Below are positions 1-13,767 of a stretch of 64,000 bases of DNA, one piece after another (the first letter of the stretch is position 1; each line of letters begins with the position of its first letter). The notes below the pieces were generated by a model that had not been told where the DNA came from, ran no database searches, and was given only the letters and a program-made list of their open reading frames with translations. The position numbers and the translations under genes are program-made. This stretch comes from Octopus vulgaris (Eukaryota), in contig OX597831.1 in the NCBI GenBank assembly GCA_951406725.2, positions 3,906,001 to 3,970,000 on the forward strand, given 5' to 3'.

Positions 1-117
1 GTCCCGGGTTCAGTCCAGCTGCGTGGCACCTTGGGCAAGTGTCTTTTACTATAGCCTCGGGCCGACCAAAGCCTTGTGAGTGGATTTAGTAGACGGAAAC
101 TGGAAGAAGCCCGTCGA

Positions 118-171
<54 letters not shown>

Positions 172-368
172 ACATGTTTGTGTGTCTGTGTTTGTCCCCC
201 CAACATCGCTTGACAACCGATGGTGGTGTGTTTACGTCTCCGTAACTTAGCGGTTCGGCCAAATAGACCGATAGAATAAGTACTAGGCTTACAAAGAATA
301 AGTCCTGGGGTCGATTTGCTCGACTAAAGGGCCGCAGTCAAATGACTGAAACAAGTAAAAGAGTAAAA
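1..368 (+). mobile_element. tRNA-derived SINE family A (CORE-like), head cut by window edge
   Basis: B-box GGTTCAGTCC, CORE-like CTTGGGCAAGTG, internal (TA)n(TG)n and tail ...ATGACTGAAACAAGTAAAAGAGT; matches the full copy at 15105-15527. Confidence 0.85.
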
Positions 369-369
369 G

Positions 370-435
<66 letters not shown>

Positions 436-859
436 AAGAATAGACGTCTTCCGTTTGGTTTGTATCAAAAGGGTTGACAATAATGTTGAAAGAAAGGGCT
501 GAATCTTTCACTACAAATAAACTTAAATATAACGGTATTTACTATGATAATGTTTTCAGTAACGAATACTAACTGTATTAAAAACGCATCGTAGTCTATG
601 TGTATGTGTGTGTGTGGGGGGTGGGGTGAAGGAGGGATGTATATGCACTCACATATATATCAAAATTTATTGGCAGTATTTCGGTAGTAATTTTTCATTG
701 CTTTATAAATGCCCGTTCTTTTAATATAATTTCATTTCATCTTATAGCTCTGCTTTACATTTTCCGTTATTGATGTTCGAGTTTCATTGATGTTGCATGT
801 CTGGCGAGTATTTTTCCTACATGTATATATGCCACATGTATACTTACGCATATACACTA

Positions 860-2087
860 TTGGAATATATGATACAATGATATCAAACCAAAGTAAGATA
901 TGCTACCTAAAGATATTTTCACTGTTCAAAGAACACTTAAAATGTAACTAGTAGCGACTTCTCTTGAAAATGGACAAAATTTGGCATCGTCGTGTTATCA
1001 AGTACTTGCAGAAAAAGGGTTTAGCCCCCAATAACATTCATGATGACATGGTTGCCACATTAGGGGACGACGCTCCAGCTTATACAATAGTGCAAAAGTG
1101 GGCAGATGAATTTAGGAGGGAAAAGGAAAGTCTTGAAAATGACCCTAGGTTTGCACGTCTTGTTACTGCCACCACCGAGAAAAACATTGATCGTGTTCAC
1201 CACACACTGACGAATGATAGACGATTGACTATAAATCAAATAATCAATGCTATTAGTATACTATATGAGACACTTGAGAATACTCTGCGCAATCTACTTG
1301 GCATGATGAAGGTTTCTGCTCGGTGGGTGCCGAGTCTTCTGACACCTAACCAAAAGCGCATCAGGCTGATGGCATCACGGGATATTAGGACATTGTTTGA
1401 GGCAGATCCAGCTGGTTTCTTTGAATGTTTCCCAACCCAGGATGAGTGTTGGGCTCATCACTTTGAGCCCAACACTCATTCTGGGTTGAGACTATCCAAA
1501 AGAGACTATCCAAAAAAGACCTACACCAAAGAAGGCCAAGGTCGTTTCACTTGCAGGGAGGGTAATTGTCTGAGTTTTTTTGGGATATAAAAAGCTTTGT
1601 GTTTATTGACTATCTTCAAAAGAGTCACTCTATCAATGGAGAGTATTATACTAATTTGCTGAGGCAGTTACGAAAGGCTATCAAGACAAAACGACAAGGA
1701 AAACTGACGAAAGAGTCTTGTTTCATTAGGACAATGCTCCAAAACGCAATTCCTTGATTTCAATTGCTGCAGTGAGTGACTGTAGCATTGAATTTGTTGA
1801 TCACATTCCCTGTTCTCCTGGTTTGGCCCCATCTTTCATTTCTTCCCCAACATGAGAAAACACTTGGCTGGGTACTAGTATTGCAGTGATGATGACGTCA
1901 TATCTACTGTTGCTGATATTTTTTGACCGACAGAATGAAAGTTTCTTCACCAATGGGATCCGAGCACTGCAACACCGATGGAAGAAGTGTGTGGAGCTCA
2001 ATGGAGACTACGTTAGGAAATAAACCTCATTAGGTCACATTTCATGAGAATATCTTTGTCAGATTATGGATTTTTCAGTCAACTTTC

Positions 2088-2088
<1 letters not shown>
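860..2088 (+). mobile_element. Decayed mariner transposon with frameshifted transposase
   Basis: ATG at 970; HTH-type N-terminus, ARWVP motif, TQDE(C)W catalytic-region motif and FFWD..DYL..INGEYY..LL motif in a shifted frame; degenerate right TIR ending near 2088; left TIR not seen. Confidence 0.9.
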
Positions 2089-2146
<58 letters not shown>

Positions 2147-2209
2147 TGCGTGTGTGTCTGCGTGAGCTTATGTTTGTGTGTATGTGTGTGTGTGTATTGC
2201 CTTCGAAAC

Positions 2210-2420
2210 ACAGAGTAGATGAAACAGGGACAACTGAAGAAGGGGAATATTCTTTATGTTGTATGTCTCGTTTCTCTGTTTTTTTCGTTGTTCAAAGAAT
2301 TGTTCGTTTCCATATTTTTGTTTTTATGATTTCGTTTCTCATTGTGTTCAACGCTTTTTGATGTGCTGTACCCATATATGCATGTATATATATATATATA
2401 GATGTAGGTATGTATATATA
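2210..2420. repeat. Unclassified (TA)n-associated dispersed repeat
   Basis: GAGTAGATGAAACAGGGACAACTGAAGAAGGGG...TTTTTGATGTGCTGTACCCATATATG, clearly homologous to 27581-27770. Confidence 0.65.
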
Positions 2421-2465
2421 TGTATGTATATATGCATATATTTATATATTATTTATATTATATTA

Positions 2466-2518
<53 letters not shown>

Positions 2519-2718
2519 GCTAAAACTCGTATATGCCATGTGAGCACAGCCCCAAAATTACATGAAGTCACCAGACGTGTTATAAAATGGTATGCTGTCT
2601 CTGTCGTTTCCATTGCATAAAACTATTAATAGTTTATAAAAATATATACTATGTTCATTAAACAATACATATACATATATACATACATATACACGCATCT
2701 CTCTCTCACTCACACACA

Positions 2719-2947
<229 letters not shown>

Positions 2948-3421
2948 CAGATATATATATATTTTTGTCTTACCATTTTTATCAATATATATATATAGAC
3001 ACATACATACATACATACATACATACAAACATACATACATACACGAAACGCAATCATACACAAACACATATATAACAAGAGGAAAAGGAATAATGCTAAA
3101 TAATTAAACCTTCTGATACAAAATTTGACCACATGCTTCATGACTTCAGAATTTACTGATTGCCGAACAAACGATTTTAATCTGCGAGACAAAAGTGAAT
3201 CATGTTCTAAACTCTTGGATTGTGTAATTAGTGTGTTTATTCTGTTTTTGAAAAATTCTTTCAAATTGTCCAAATCTCAGAAACATACCAACCATCTGGT
3301 TAGTTTTTTGACACAAAAATCATTGTTCTATTAGTGTGTATCCAAATTCCTCTGTAATGCGGAGGTGGCTCGCTCATATCAATTGACTCTCACGCAGTTT
3401 TCCTTCCCCATCTACTTACAA

Positions 3422-3739
3422 CTGGAGGCGCAATGGCACAGTGGTTAGGGCAGCGGACTCGCGGTCGCACGATCGCGGTTTCGATTCCCAGACCGGGCGT
3501 TGTGTGTGTTTATTGAGCGAAAACACCTAAAAGCTCGACGAGGCTCCGGCAGAGGGTGGTGGCGACCCCTGTTGTACTCTTTTGCTACTACTATCTCTCA
3601 CGCTCTATTCCTGTTTCTTGAGTAACGCTGCGATGGACTGGCGTCCCGTCCAGCTGGGGGGAACACATACACCACAGAAACCGGGAAATCGGGCCCATGA
3701 GTCTGGCTAGGCTTGAAAAGGGCGACGTTCATCGTTTTT
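3422..3739 (+). mobile_element. tRNA-derived SINE family C with V-domain-like tail
   Basis: A/B boxes (TGGCACAGTGG, GGTTTCGATTCC); tail CTGCGATGGACTGGCGTCCCGTCCAG; 12-bp TSD ATCTACTTACAA at 3410-3421 and 3740-3751. Confidence 0.9.
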
Positions 3740-3850
3740 ATCTACTTACAAAGCTTACTATGAGGATGTATTGTCAGAAGAGAGAAAAAACCCCCAGCAA
3801 ATACACAGAGTGCCAGAAAAGGAGAAGATATACATTGTAGATTTTGTATT

Positions 3851-4286
3851 GGTTCCAACTTTTGGCACAAGGCCAACAAGTTGGTGCGTGGGGTAGAGTT
3901 AAATCGACTACATCGACCCCAGTGTTCAGCTGGTACTCATTTCAACGACTCCGAAAGGATAAAAAACGAAGTCCACCTCGGTGGAATTTGAACTCAGAAC
4001 CTAAAGACGAACAAAATGTCGCTAAGCATTTTACCTGGCGTGCTAACGATTCTATTTCTTTACTACCCACAAGGGGCTAAACACAGAGGGGGACGAACAA
4101 GGACAGACAAACAGATTAAGTCGATTATATCGACCCCAGTGCGTAACTGGTACTTATTTAATCGACCCCGAAAGGATAAAAAGACGAAGTCTACCTCGGC
4201 GGAATTTGAACTCAGGACGTAGTGACAGACGAAATGCTGCTAAGCATTTTTACCTGGCGTGCTAACGATTCTGCCAACTCTCCGCC
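3851..4286 (-). mobile_element. SINE family B tandem dimer with two different tails
   Basis: Two copies of the head and central CCTTTCGGGGTCGATAAATAAGTACCAG-like domain; one ends in tail 1 (...GTGGGTAGTAAAGAAATA), the other in tail 2 (...GGCCTTGTGCCAAAA). Confidence 0.85.
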
Positions 4287-4724
4287 CTATACAAAGTAGC
4301 TTTTACATTGAGAATATCACTTAGGCAAGTTGGTCAAGCATGGATGACTTTTTCTTACAGACTTCTGATTTCTCACCGGTAATACGCATTCAAAACAAAT
4401 TTACAATAATACATTTGCATTGTAGCGTTAATACAGTTACAATAAAACCGAAAATGAGCCGGCTCTTTCGTTATAATAAACCACGGAAAACAATGAATCA
4501 CTGATAAAGGTTTCGTGTCCAACATAAACCATAAAACAGACCTCGCTTCTTCTTTCAATATAGCACTTATTTTGATCATTCTCTTTTTATTTAATTCCTT
4601 ATTTACTTATGCATAATGAGGAAAGCCTACAAAAAAAACTAATTATTTTTTAATTTATCGAATGACTGATTGAAGGCGGTGTGTTCGTAATCACTTCTTT
4701 TATCGTTTGTTTGTTTTTTATTTA

Positions 4725-5343
4725 TTTTTACTCATTAGACTGCGACCATGCTGGGGCACCACCTTGAAGAAGTTTTAGTCGAATGTATTCACCCCAGTGC
4801 TTATTCTTTTTAAAGTCTGCTACTCATTCTATCGGCGTCTTTTGCCGAACCGCTAAGTTACGGAGACGTAAATACACTAACACCGTTTGTCAAGCGGTGG
4901 TGAGAAACAAACACAGACACAAAGGCACACACATACATGCGTGCACACACACACACACACATACACACACATACACACACATACACACACACACACATAC
5001 ACACATACACACACACATGCATACATACACACATATACGCGCACGCACACGCACACATATACAAATATGTTAGGTCGCTCTTGAGCGCTACTGGTACCAT
5101 GTAATCCAGTACGACCTGTTACATGGTCGGGACGTCGGCGACTAAACTGGCAACCCCACCAAGTGTGCTTGGTGAGAAGGGTGATCGATAGACACCCTGC
5201 GGAATAAAAAAAGAAAATTATATATATATTCTTTCAGTTTCCGTCTACCCAAACCACTCACAAATCTTTAGTCGACCCGAGGCTATTGTAGAAAACATCT
5301 GCCCACGGTGCCACGCAGTGGGACTGAGTCCAGAACCATGTGG
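4725..5343 (-). mobile_element. SINE family A, diverged, with an unrelated insert at about 5068-5215
   Basis: Reverse complement of the family A tail, internal (CA)n and head/CORE. Confidence 0.75.
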
Positions 5344-5530
5344 GCCGGTTTTTCCGGATTCTGGTGCGTACACACATTCCTCGCATCCCCCGGGCGAGTT
5401 GTCAGTTCGTTGTAGGATTACTCATTTTTGCTAACTGATTGGACTGGACCTCAAGAACATAATGTTTCCTTCGGTTCAGGAATCGAACCACAATTTCACG
5501 ACCCTGAACGCAACGCCCTAACCTCCACAT
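5343..5530 (-). mobile_element. Old tRNA-derived SINE with V-like tail
   Basis: Minus strand GGTTAGGGCG...GGTTCGATTCC and tail ...CAGAATCCGGAAAAACCGGCCC, resembling the 3422-3739 tail. Confidence 0.5.
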
Positions 5531-5635
5531 TTTATTTAATAGCAGCCCACAAGTGTCCAGAATACAGCAGTCTACTAAGAGATTGTTAAAACCTAACCAT
5601 CCCGGAGAGTGCCAATCACACAACCTAGTCTTCTA

Positions 5636-5853
5636 CGTGGGGTGCTGAAAAGTTCCTGACTTTGGGTAAAAAGAAGTACAGGAGGATCAATTAATTATGA
5701 TTGTATTCAACATATTCCCCTCTCAGATTCACGCACTTATTGCAGTGATCCTCCAGTCTTTCTAAGCCCTGTAAAAGAACTCGGAAGGTTGAGCCTCGAA
5801 CCGGACCTTTGGCGATAACCTTAAAGCCAGGAACTGTTCAGCAGTCTCTCACA
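5636..5853. mobile_element. Mariner-derived MITE
   Basis: TA-flanked imperfect TIRs CGTGGGGTGCTGAAAAGTTCCTGACTTT / AAAGCCAGGAACTGTTCAGCAGTCTCTCACA; about 220 bp and non-coding. Confidence 0.75.
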
Positions 5854-5972
5854 TATCTGTTTACATACATCTTCCACCGCTGCCTTTGTCGACCCAATAA
5901 ACGAGTCTCAACGTGGTCACACGATATGCTTGAAATAGCAGCCAAGTCTGCACCAAAATCATATTTTACACT

Positions 5973-6009
<37 letters not shown>

Positions 6010-6214
6010 GAAATGAAGGGCGCATTCAAACCCTTTTCAAGACAGCGACATTTGTTTCCCTAAAAACGAGACGACACTATAAATATACTTCTTTTTAAAC
6101 ATCCTGTGGTTATTATATGTAAGCTATTAGGGATCAAATACGAGACTAAGCAAGCGCAATCATTATGAATAATCTGCATACATACATACATACATACATA
6201 CATACATACATACA

Positions 6215-6257
<43 letters not shown>

Positions 6258-6429
6258 AAGTAAGATCTAAGAATCAAGGTGTAGGAAGATAGTAAGCGTC
6301 AAGCAGACTGTAAAAAGTATATAGAAAATAACTTTTGGGAACAAGAATAGTTTATTGACGTAGAAGGTTGTAAATTCTTCCCATATCGAAGTTCAATAAG
6401 CTGCAAAAAAAAAAAAAACGAAACAAAAA

Positions 6430-6600
6430 TGTTTTATAGCTTGCGATTAGCAGCAAGGGTTGCCTTGTATGCGAATAGAAATTGAAAATTATGGAATGGA
6501 GTAGATAAAACCCAGGGTACAAATGTCTCATAGCAAGCAGAACCTTGGAAGTAGTAATTACCGAAACAAAGGGTCTATCCGCTGGCTACTCTTCGGGCCC
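6430..6600 (-). mobile_element. Dispersed repeat with degenerate hammerhead motif, homologue of 30785-30950
   Basis: Minus strand CCGAAGA-GTAGC...GCTAT-GAGA-CATTTG-TA, then TTTTATCTACTCCATTCC...GGCAACCCT shared with the 30785 copy. Confidence 0.75.
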
Positions 6601-6720
6601 AAAATACTTTACTTGAAAGGAGTTAACACTGTCGTCAAAGGATGCACATATTGACTCGCAGGGGATTCGATAGCAAATGCGTGATCTACTACGTCTGCAC
6701 CTTATTTGGGATTTCTCACT

Positions 6721-6782
<62 letters not shown>

Positions 6783-6870
6783 TATATACATATATATATA
6801 TGTGCATACATAGATATACATATATGTATATATATATATATATATATATGCTCACACACATATACATACA

Positions 6871-6905
<35 letters not shown>

Positions 6906-7174
6906 TTTACTTATACATACAGATGTGCACGCACAAACTGATGTACACTGTTCGATACATGTATACAATCAGCTTTAAACTTACATATACAGTTACCCTA
7001 TTACTTTCACTCACGCACACACACACACTCACACACACACACACACACACACACTCCTACCCCAGGCACACGCACGCACGCACGCACTCATATAATATGC
7101 AGTCATACATATACACATAGGCCGAACGCCCCTGTTGCACAAACGAACACACAAGAAACACCGCCACCCTTACC

Positions 7175-7680
7175 ATACATACATACATACATACATACAT
7201 ACATACATACATACATACACACATGCACATACATACATACATACATACATACATACACACATGCACATACATACATACATACATACATACATACATACGT
7301 ACATACATATATACATACATACATGCATACATACATACATGCATACATGCATACATACATACATGTATGCATGCATGCATGCATACATACATACATACAT
7401 ACATACATGCATGCATACATACATACATACATACACACATGCACATACATACATACATATATACATACATACATACATACACACATACATACATACGTAC
7501 ATACATACATACATACATACATACATACATACATGCATACGTACATACTTACATACATACATACATACATACATACTTACATGCATACATACATACATAC
7601 ATACATACATACATACATACCTGCATACATACATACATACATACATACATACATACATACATACATACGTACGTACGTAC
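7175..7680. repeat. (TACA)n microsatellite
   Basis: Direct reading. Confidence 0.95.
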
Positions 7681-8241
7681 ACATGCACAGACGTACACGC
7701 GCACACACAACTATACATATACACGCAGTATTTCGCGCACCGCCGCATACATGCATACTCTTATCTTACACAAGCTACCCCACTCCACCTCCGGGGGCGC
7801 TTGTAACACCTCCGCCTCCACCGACTTCCACCCATCACCGTCGCTCCCCCATCACCTGACGCCTACGCTTTAATTAACAGAAGCGTTTGTCACGTGAAGC
7901 AAGAGAGTATGAAAAGAGGCGGAAGAAGGGGGAGCTTTATTAAAAGCGACTGCGTGTAAAGGGGAACAGCAGTTGGTTGGTTTATAACTATGGGCATTCC
8001 GTACATACTGACGTAGCACTGGACACGTGGCCTGTAAACAACAACAACAACGACGACGACGACGACGACGGCAGCAGCAAAAACAACAACAACAATAATA
8101 GCTGCAACGATCGTAACAACCTTTACAACATTGATAGCAAAAACAGAAGTCATATCATTAGGATGGCAACAACAACAACAACAAGAATAAGAACAACGCC
8201 TCTAACTCTCCCCCTTTCATCACCATTAAAAATGTTAACAG

Positions 8242-8291
<50 letters not shown>

Positions 8292-8299
8292 TTATCGTC

Positions 8300-8334
<35 letters not shown>

Positions 8335-8339
8335 TATAT

Positions 8340-8523
8340 GTAGGTCCCGGGTTGATTCGGGGTTAACCACAGTAAGTAAGGTACTCAATACATAGCAGAG
8401 TAAAATTAATTTATTATATAGAAGGAGTTCTACAGGACTAGTACTGTTCATTCAAGAGAAATCTTCAGGAAGCTTCCTGAAGATTTCTCTTGAATGAAAC
8501 AGTACTAGTCCTGTAGAAGCTCC

Positions 8524-8532
<9 letters not shown>
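8340..8532. mobile_element. Fold-back element with a near-perfect loopless palindrome at 8415-8532
   Basis: Centre GGAAG|CTTCC at 8472/8473; arms about 58 bp; CTGAAGA...GAAA motif in the arm; between (TA)n tracts. Confidence 0.75.
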
Positions 8533-8576
<44 letters not shown>

Positions 8577-8578
<2 letters not shown>

Positions 8579-8756
8579 GGAGTAAACACATAAATGTGAA
8601 ACAAGGTGGGAAAAAAAGAGTACTCAAATACCAGTGGTAGAGTAATATGCTTTATTTAAAGCAGCAGAAAATTCAACAAAACCTGTTACTCTGAGTTTCA
8701 CGTTGCCGTTAAACTCAGAGTAACAGGTTTTATTGAATTTTCTGCTGCTTTAAATA
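8577..8756. mobile_element. Fold-back element, arms 8653-8698 and 8711-8756
   Basis: 46-bp inverted arms with one mismatch and a 12-nt loop; minus strand ACG-GCAA-CGT-GAAA resembles a hammerhead helix II plus GAAA; between (TA)n tracts. Confidence 0.75.
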
Positions 8757-8869
8757 TATATATATATATATATATAATTTTAATCCAAACGGGAAAACAA
8801 AAAAACAACAACAGTGGAACAATTACAGTATTATTATTAATAGGCGCTCAGGAAATAGGAAGCAGGAAG

Positions 8870-8904
8870 GTATGACGTTTCGAGCGGAGCTCTTCGTCGG
8901 AAAC
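8870..8904 (-). ncRNA. Minimal type I hammerhead-like motif within a repeat at about 8778-9060
   Basis: GTTT-CCGACGA-A-GAGC(TCC)GCTC-GAAA-CG-TC-ATAC; GUC triplet, palindromic ACGT helix III, U4C variant. Confidence 0.65.
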
Positions 8905-9427
8905 ATAAAGAAGGAAGAGAGAGGAAAGAAAGATCCCAAAGCGGGCAACAGGAGATGGAGAAAAAAACGACTGGTGTTTACGAAGTCCACATGGTGAAAG
9001 GCGGAAGTTTACGATAACAAGAGCAAAGTAGGTTTTTAAAGCCAAAAGAGTGGAGACAGGGTTGGTAACGCAACAGATGTGTGTGTATGTGTGAGTGTGT
9101 GCGTGTGCGTGTGTGTATGTGTGTGTGAGGCGAGATAAAAAAACAAAAAAATATATGTATGTGTTAGTGTGTGCGTCTGTGTGTAGGCGTGTGAGGTAGG
9201 GCGAGACAGTAGTAGGCATAGCAGACAGTGGTCAGTAGTAAGAAAATGAAGGAAGGAGGAAGGGAGGGAGGGGAAGGGGTGGGGGCGTATGTAGCGTGCC
9301 AGCGTGTGTTGAGTAGTAGTGTGTGTGTGTGTCCAGTGTCGTGGTAGTATTAATGGCGAGTAGATTGAGTGTGTGTAAGAGTAATGTATATATTTAAGCA
9401 ATGTGTGTGTGTGAGTGGGTGTGTATT

Positions 9428-9472
<45 letters not shown>

Positions 9473-9563
9473 AGAATTTACGAAAAAAACAACAAAAGAC
9501 GAAGACAGGTGGTGTACAAAACGAATAGATGTTTTAGTATAACGCTCAGGGATAGAAAAAGTA

Positions 9564-9597
9564 TTTTACGTTTCGAGCCTACGCTCTTCTACAGAAA
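9564..9597 (-). ncRNA. Minimal hammerhead-like variant within a repeat at about 9468-9665
   Basis: TTT-CTGTAGA-A-GAGC(GTAG)GCTC-GAAA-CG-TA-AAA; A6U deviation. Confidence 0.5.
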
Positions 9598-9677
9598 GGG
9601 ACACAGAAAAAACAAGGAGAGAGGAAAAAATGTGTGTAGCGGCTAACGATCTATCATGGCGTCTCATATATATACAC

Positions 9678-10298
<621 letters not shown>

Positions 10299-10482
10299 GC
10301 AATGGACAATTGCAATTCATTCTTCAGGTTATCTTCTCTATCAAGCTTTTCATGGAAAGGCATGAAAGTCGCGAAATTCCCCTGCCTCTTATATTGTCTG
10401 AAATCAAATCTCAAGAACAATAAAATCCCTTAAAAATGTAATCTCAGTGGTGGAGAATATATAAAATAACCAGTTAAGAGAA

Positions 10483-10580
10483 GTGACACGTATTTATACC
10501 GTTTGTTGATAGCTGTTTCGTAATCTGTGTCTTGTAACACCATCGATGCTATATCGTCCGATACATTTCTAAATAAATAT
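10483..10580. repeat. Dispersed repeat with a second copy at 12187-12282
   Basis: TTTGTTGAYAGCTGTTTCGTAAT.TGTGTC.TGT.ACA.CATCGATGCTATATC.TCCGA shared by both copies. Confidence 0.7.
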
Positions 10581-10881
10581 ACCTATAAATACATGTATAT
10601 ATATATGGGTATAGATATCCTTGTGGTGTAACATAATTAACAGACTACACGTTAGAACAAACCATGGTCAGATATCAGACCCCTGCTAGAATCAGCAAGT
10701 TTAACTCTATATAAAATCTCACTTCTCTTATCTGTTGAGTACTGGAGTCGATGTAATCAGCTACCCTCCTCCTCTTCCAAAACTTCAGACCCTTGTGCCT
10801 ATGGCAGAAAGGATTTCACCCCCACACACACATACACACACACATACACACACACACAACACACAGACATACACACACACA

Positions 10882-11053
10882 CATGCATAAAGCAAAACAT
10901 ACAAATCTGCACATGCTCTGACTCCAAATATTCCACACGCGACAAAGTACCCTGTTGACGTTGTTGAAATTCCAATGAAGGAGCCTTGGATCTAGGTTAG
11001 AAACCGGCTCTTTCTCTATTGGCAAGAAACCTTGAAATAAAACTTTATAATGA
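10882..11053 (+). mobile_element. Solo 3' UTR of the R4/Dong-type LINE at 40228-41122
   Basis: AAAACATACAAATCTGC...TACCCTGTTG...AATTCCAATGAAGGAGCCTTG...CTTGAAATAAAACT shared; sits in CA-rich repeats. Confidence 0.75.
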
Positions 11054-12495
11054 CATACACATACACATAATATAATGGATTCTTCCGCCAATTTCGACGT
11101 ATAAGGGTCAACCACCATTTTACTTTTTTCTTGGTGGCGGTGGGACGCTTTTTCGTTTTCTTCTTGTTGCTTTTAACGTCCGTCGCTTATGAGACTTTAA
11201 TCCAGCCAACGATTTTCTGTCAAGTCCACAGATTGGACATAAAAAATGATTGTTAACAACGTCGATGGCATGTTACTTAGAGACTTTGCTCTCAGCGCCT
11301 TAAAGTAATCTGACGAACCGAATCCATAGTTCTTTATGGCTTTTAGTACTGTATGTGACGACGGCTTAGTTGGCCGAAACTTTGAAATCACTGTCAACAG
11401 CATTCTTGTTTAAGAATAATAAATTTGTACTCTACAAAAGTATAGAGTAACCCATCAGATTAATGTAAAATTGTCTTTATTGTAACTGAACATAAACACA
11501 AGCATAATATATGCATATATACATACGTATATGTATACACATATGTATATGAAAACGAGTAAATATATGTATATACAACTTTATGTAGCTAACTTTAAGT
11601 GAATACATATTTTTGTTCTAGAGCAAATATACAAAGGCACTTATAGTTAGCTACACAAAGATGCATATTTGCGGATGTATAAATAATATGTATACGCATT
11701 ATATGTTTCATTGTCAGCAAAATGTAAACAAAGTCAGCCATTGAAGAAGGACTTGAACGAAAATTTTTTTAGAAAAATAACGCTTATTCGTTTAAGCTTA
11801 GAAGTTTTCTTTCGTTTGTTTTTTCTGCTTTCTTTTTTTTCCTTTTTTACAAAACGGTGTTTTGATTTGAATGTTTTTTAACATCATCGATTCAGAATCT
11901 GACATTTTTTAAAAAAGAAAAAACAACTTTTGAATAAGAAACTGACAAACTGATTAGTGTCAGGTGATTAACAATACTTGCAAGTGCTTGTTTAGTTACG
12001 CACGCTTTTACGAATATAAAACCTATAATTTATATGTCCTTTTATTCTTTCACTTGTTTCAGCCATTGGACTGTGGCCATACAGGGGCACCACCTTCAAG
12101 GATTTTGTCGAACAAATCGATCTCCGTACTAATACTTTTTAGATTCTGGTGGTGGAAAATAAATAAAATGGCCAGATAAAAAAAGTGATGCACGTGTTTA
12201 TTCCATTTGTTGACAGCTGTTTCGTAATATGTGTCATGTTACAACATCGATGCTATATCATCCGACGCATGTATAAATAAATATACATATAATTTATATA
12301 TTCTTTTAATTCTTTCATTTGTTTCAATCATTCCAGAGCATCATCTTGAATGATTTTGTAGACCCCAATACTTATATTTTTTAGATTCTGGTATTTATCC
12401 TACCTGTTTCTTTTGCTGAACTATTGGGTTCCAGTTGCTTAACCAAATCAACACCTATTGCTCAGTGATGTAAGGACAAAGACAAAGACATACGC

Positions 12496-12572
<77 letters not shown>

Positions 12573-12745
12573 CAAGGCTTCAATAGAGTTTCTATCTCCC
12601 ATATTCCCTCACAAGACATTGATCGGCGTGGAGAAATAATTGAAAGCATTTGCTCAAAGTTAGAAGGTATGAGAGAAGAATATGTATAAATTTATTTGAT
12701 CACGTGACTCCCAAAGGGTTACGGACGTTTCGCAATCTTATACTA

Positions 12746-12808
<63 letters not shown>

Positions 12809-12997
12809 CACGCCCTCCCCCCACGCCCTCCCCCCACACACGAGTAAAAATGCACAGAAGGACGACAAATGAACACAAAAAATTCGCACACAAGCTGCTG
12901 GGATAAATGACCAACATAAAGAACGTAGACGGGAACCTAAACAAGCGATGAACGACGACATAATAAGAAGAAGACAGAATGGAGAACGACACAGGCA

Positions 12998-13030
<33 letters not shown>

Positions 13031-13033
<3 letters not shown>

Positions 13034-13301
13034 AGGCGCAATGGCCTAGTGGTTAGGGCAGCGGACTCGCGGTTTCGATTCCCAGACCGGGCGTTGTGAG
13101 TGTTTATTGAGCGAAAACACCTAAAACCTCCACGAGGCTCCGGCAGGGGGTGGTGATCCCTGCTGTACTCTTTCACCACTCTTTCTCTCTCTCTTTCTTC
13201 TGTTGGCCTGCTCGCTTAGCCAGCGGGGTGGCGTCATTCGAAGGCTAAAACAATGCGAATGCATTGTGACCAGCGATGTGTAACAACATCTGATCACGTG
13301 A
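13031..13301 (+). mobile_element. SINE family C with tail type 2
   Basis: Same head as 3422 and 23811 but a different tail (TTGGCCTGCTCGCTTAGCCAGCGGGGTGGCG...). Confidence 0.85.
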
Positions 13302-13324
13302 TATATATATATGTATATACATAT

Positions 13325-13577
13325 CAAGGTCGGTGCTAGGAAGTGCGGGTGCCTAATTAGAGAATTGTTAGCAAAAGTTGAAGATTGATGTTTTATTCTT
13401 TGTGTAGTACGCCAGTTCCAGCCAAAAAACGTTGAGGGCTTGAGGCTCCACCACTAGCCACAATGATATATTAAAAATTCACCCCACTGTCCTCCGCTAG
13501 AGCGTGTGCATAGGACCCTCTCTTGGCGCGGGACCCAATTTGAATGAGTCTGTCTTATTAGCTTAAAACCGGCCCTG
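13325..13577. mobile_element. hAT (Tip100-like) MITE
   Basis: Termini CAAGGTCGGT / ACCGGCCCTG; TACATAT repeated on both flanks. Confidence 0.55.
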
Positions 13578-13767
13578 TACATATACAGGTCTTTCGGCTA
13601 TGATACAGCATAGGACAAGATATGTGCAGAAATAACGCTGATGGAAAAATGTCCTATAGGACTTGAAAAATAAAGTAGAGGGATAGCAAGATAGAAAGAA
13701 AGATGAGAAGATTGAAGAAATAGACAGAAGTTTGGAATGAAAGGTGAAAAAACAAGATGAACCCAGG

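Noticed and set aside
964-2023. Functional SETMAR-like or transposase gene
   Set aside because: Multiple frameshifts and stops, and no SET domain.
3090-3330. Minus-strand peptide [14 protein letters not shown]...FCIRRFNYL as an exon or transposase fragment
   Set aside because: It is short, with no recognisable family motif or convincing splice sites.
11355-11395. Hammerhead-like GTGACGA-C-GGC...GCC-GAAA
   Set aside because: The 3-8 pair is broken, helix III is weak and there is no helix I.
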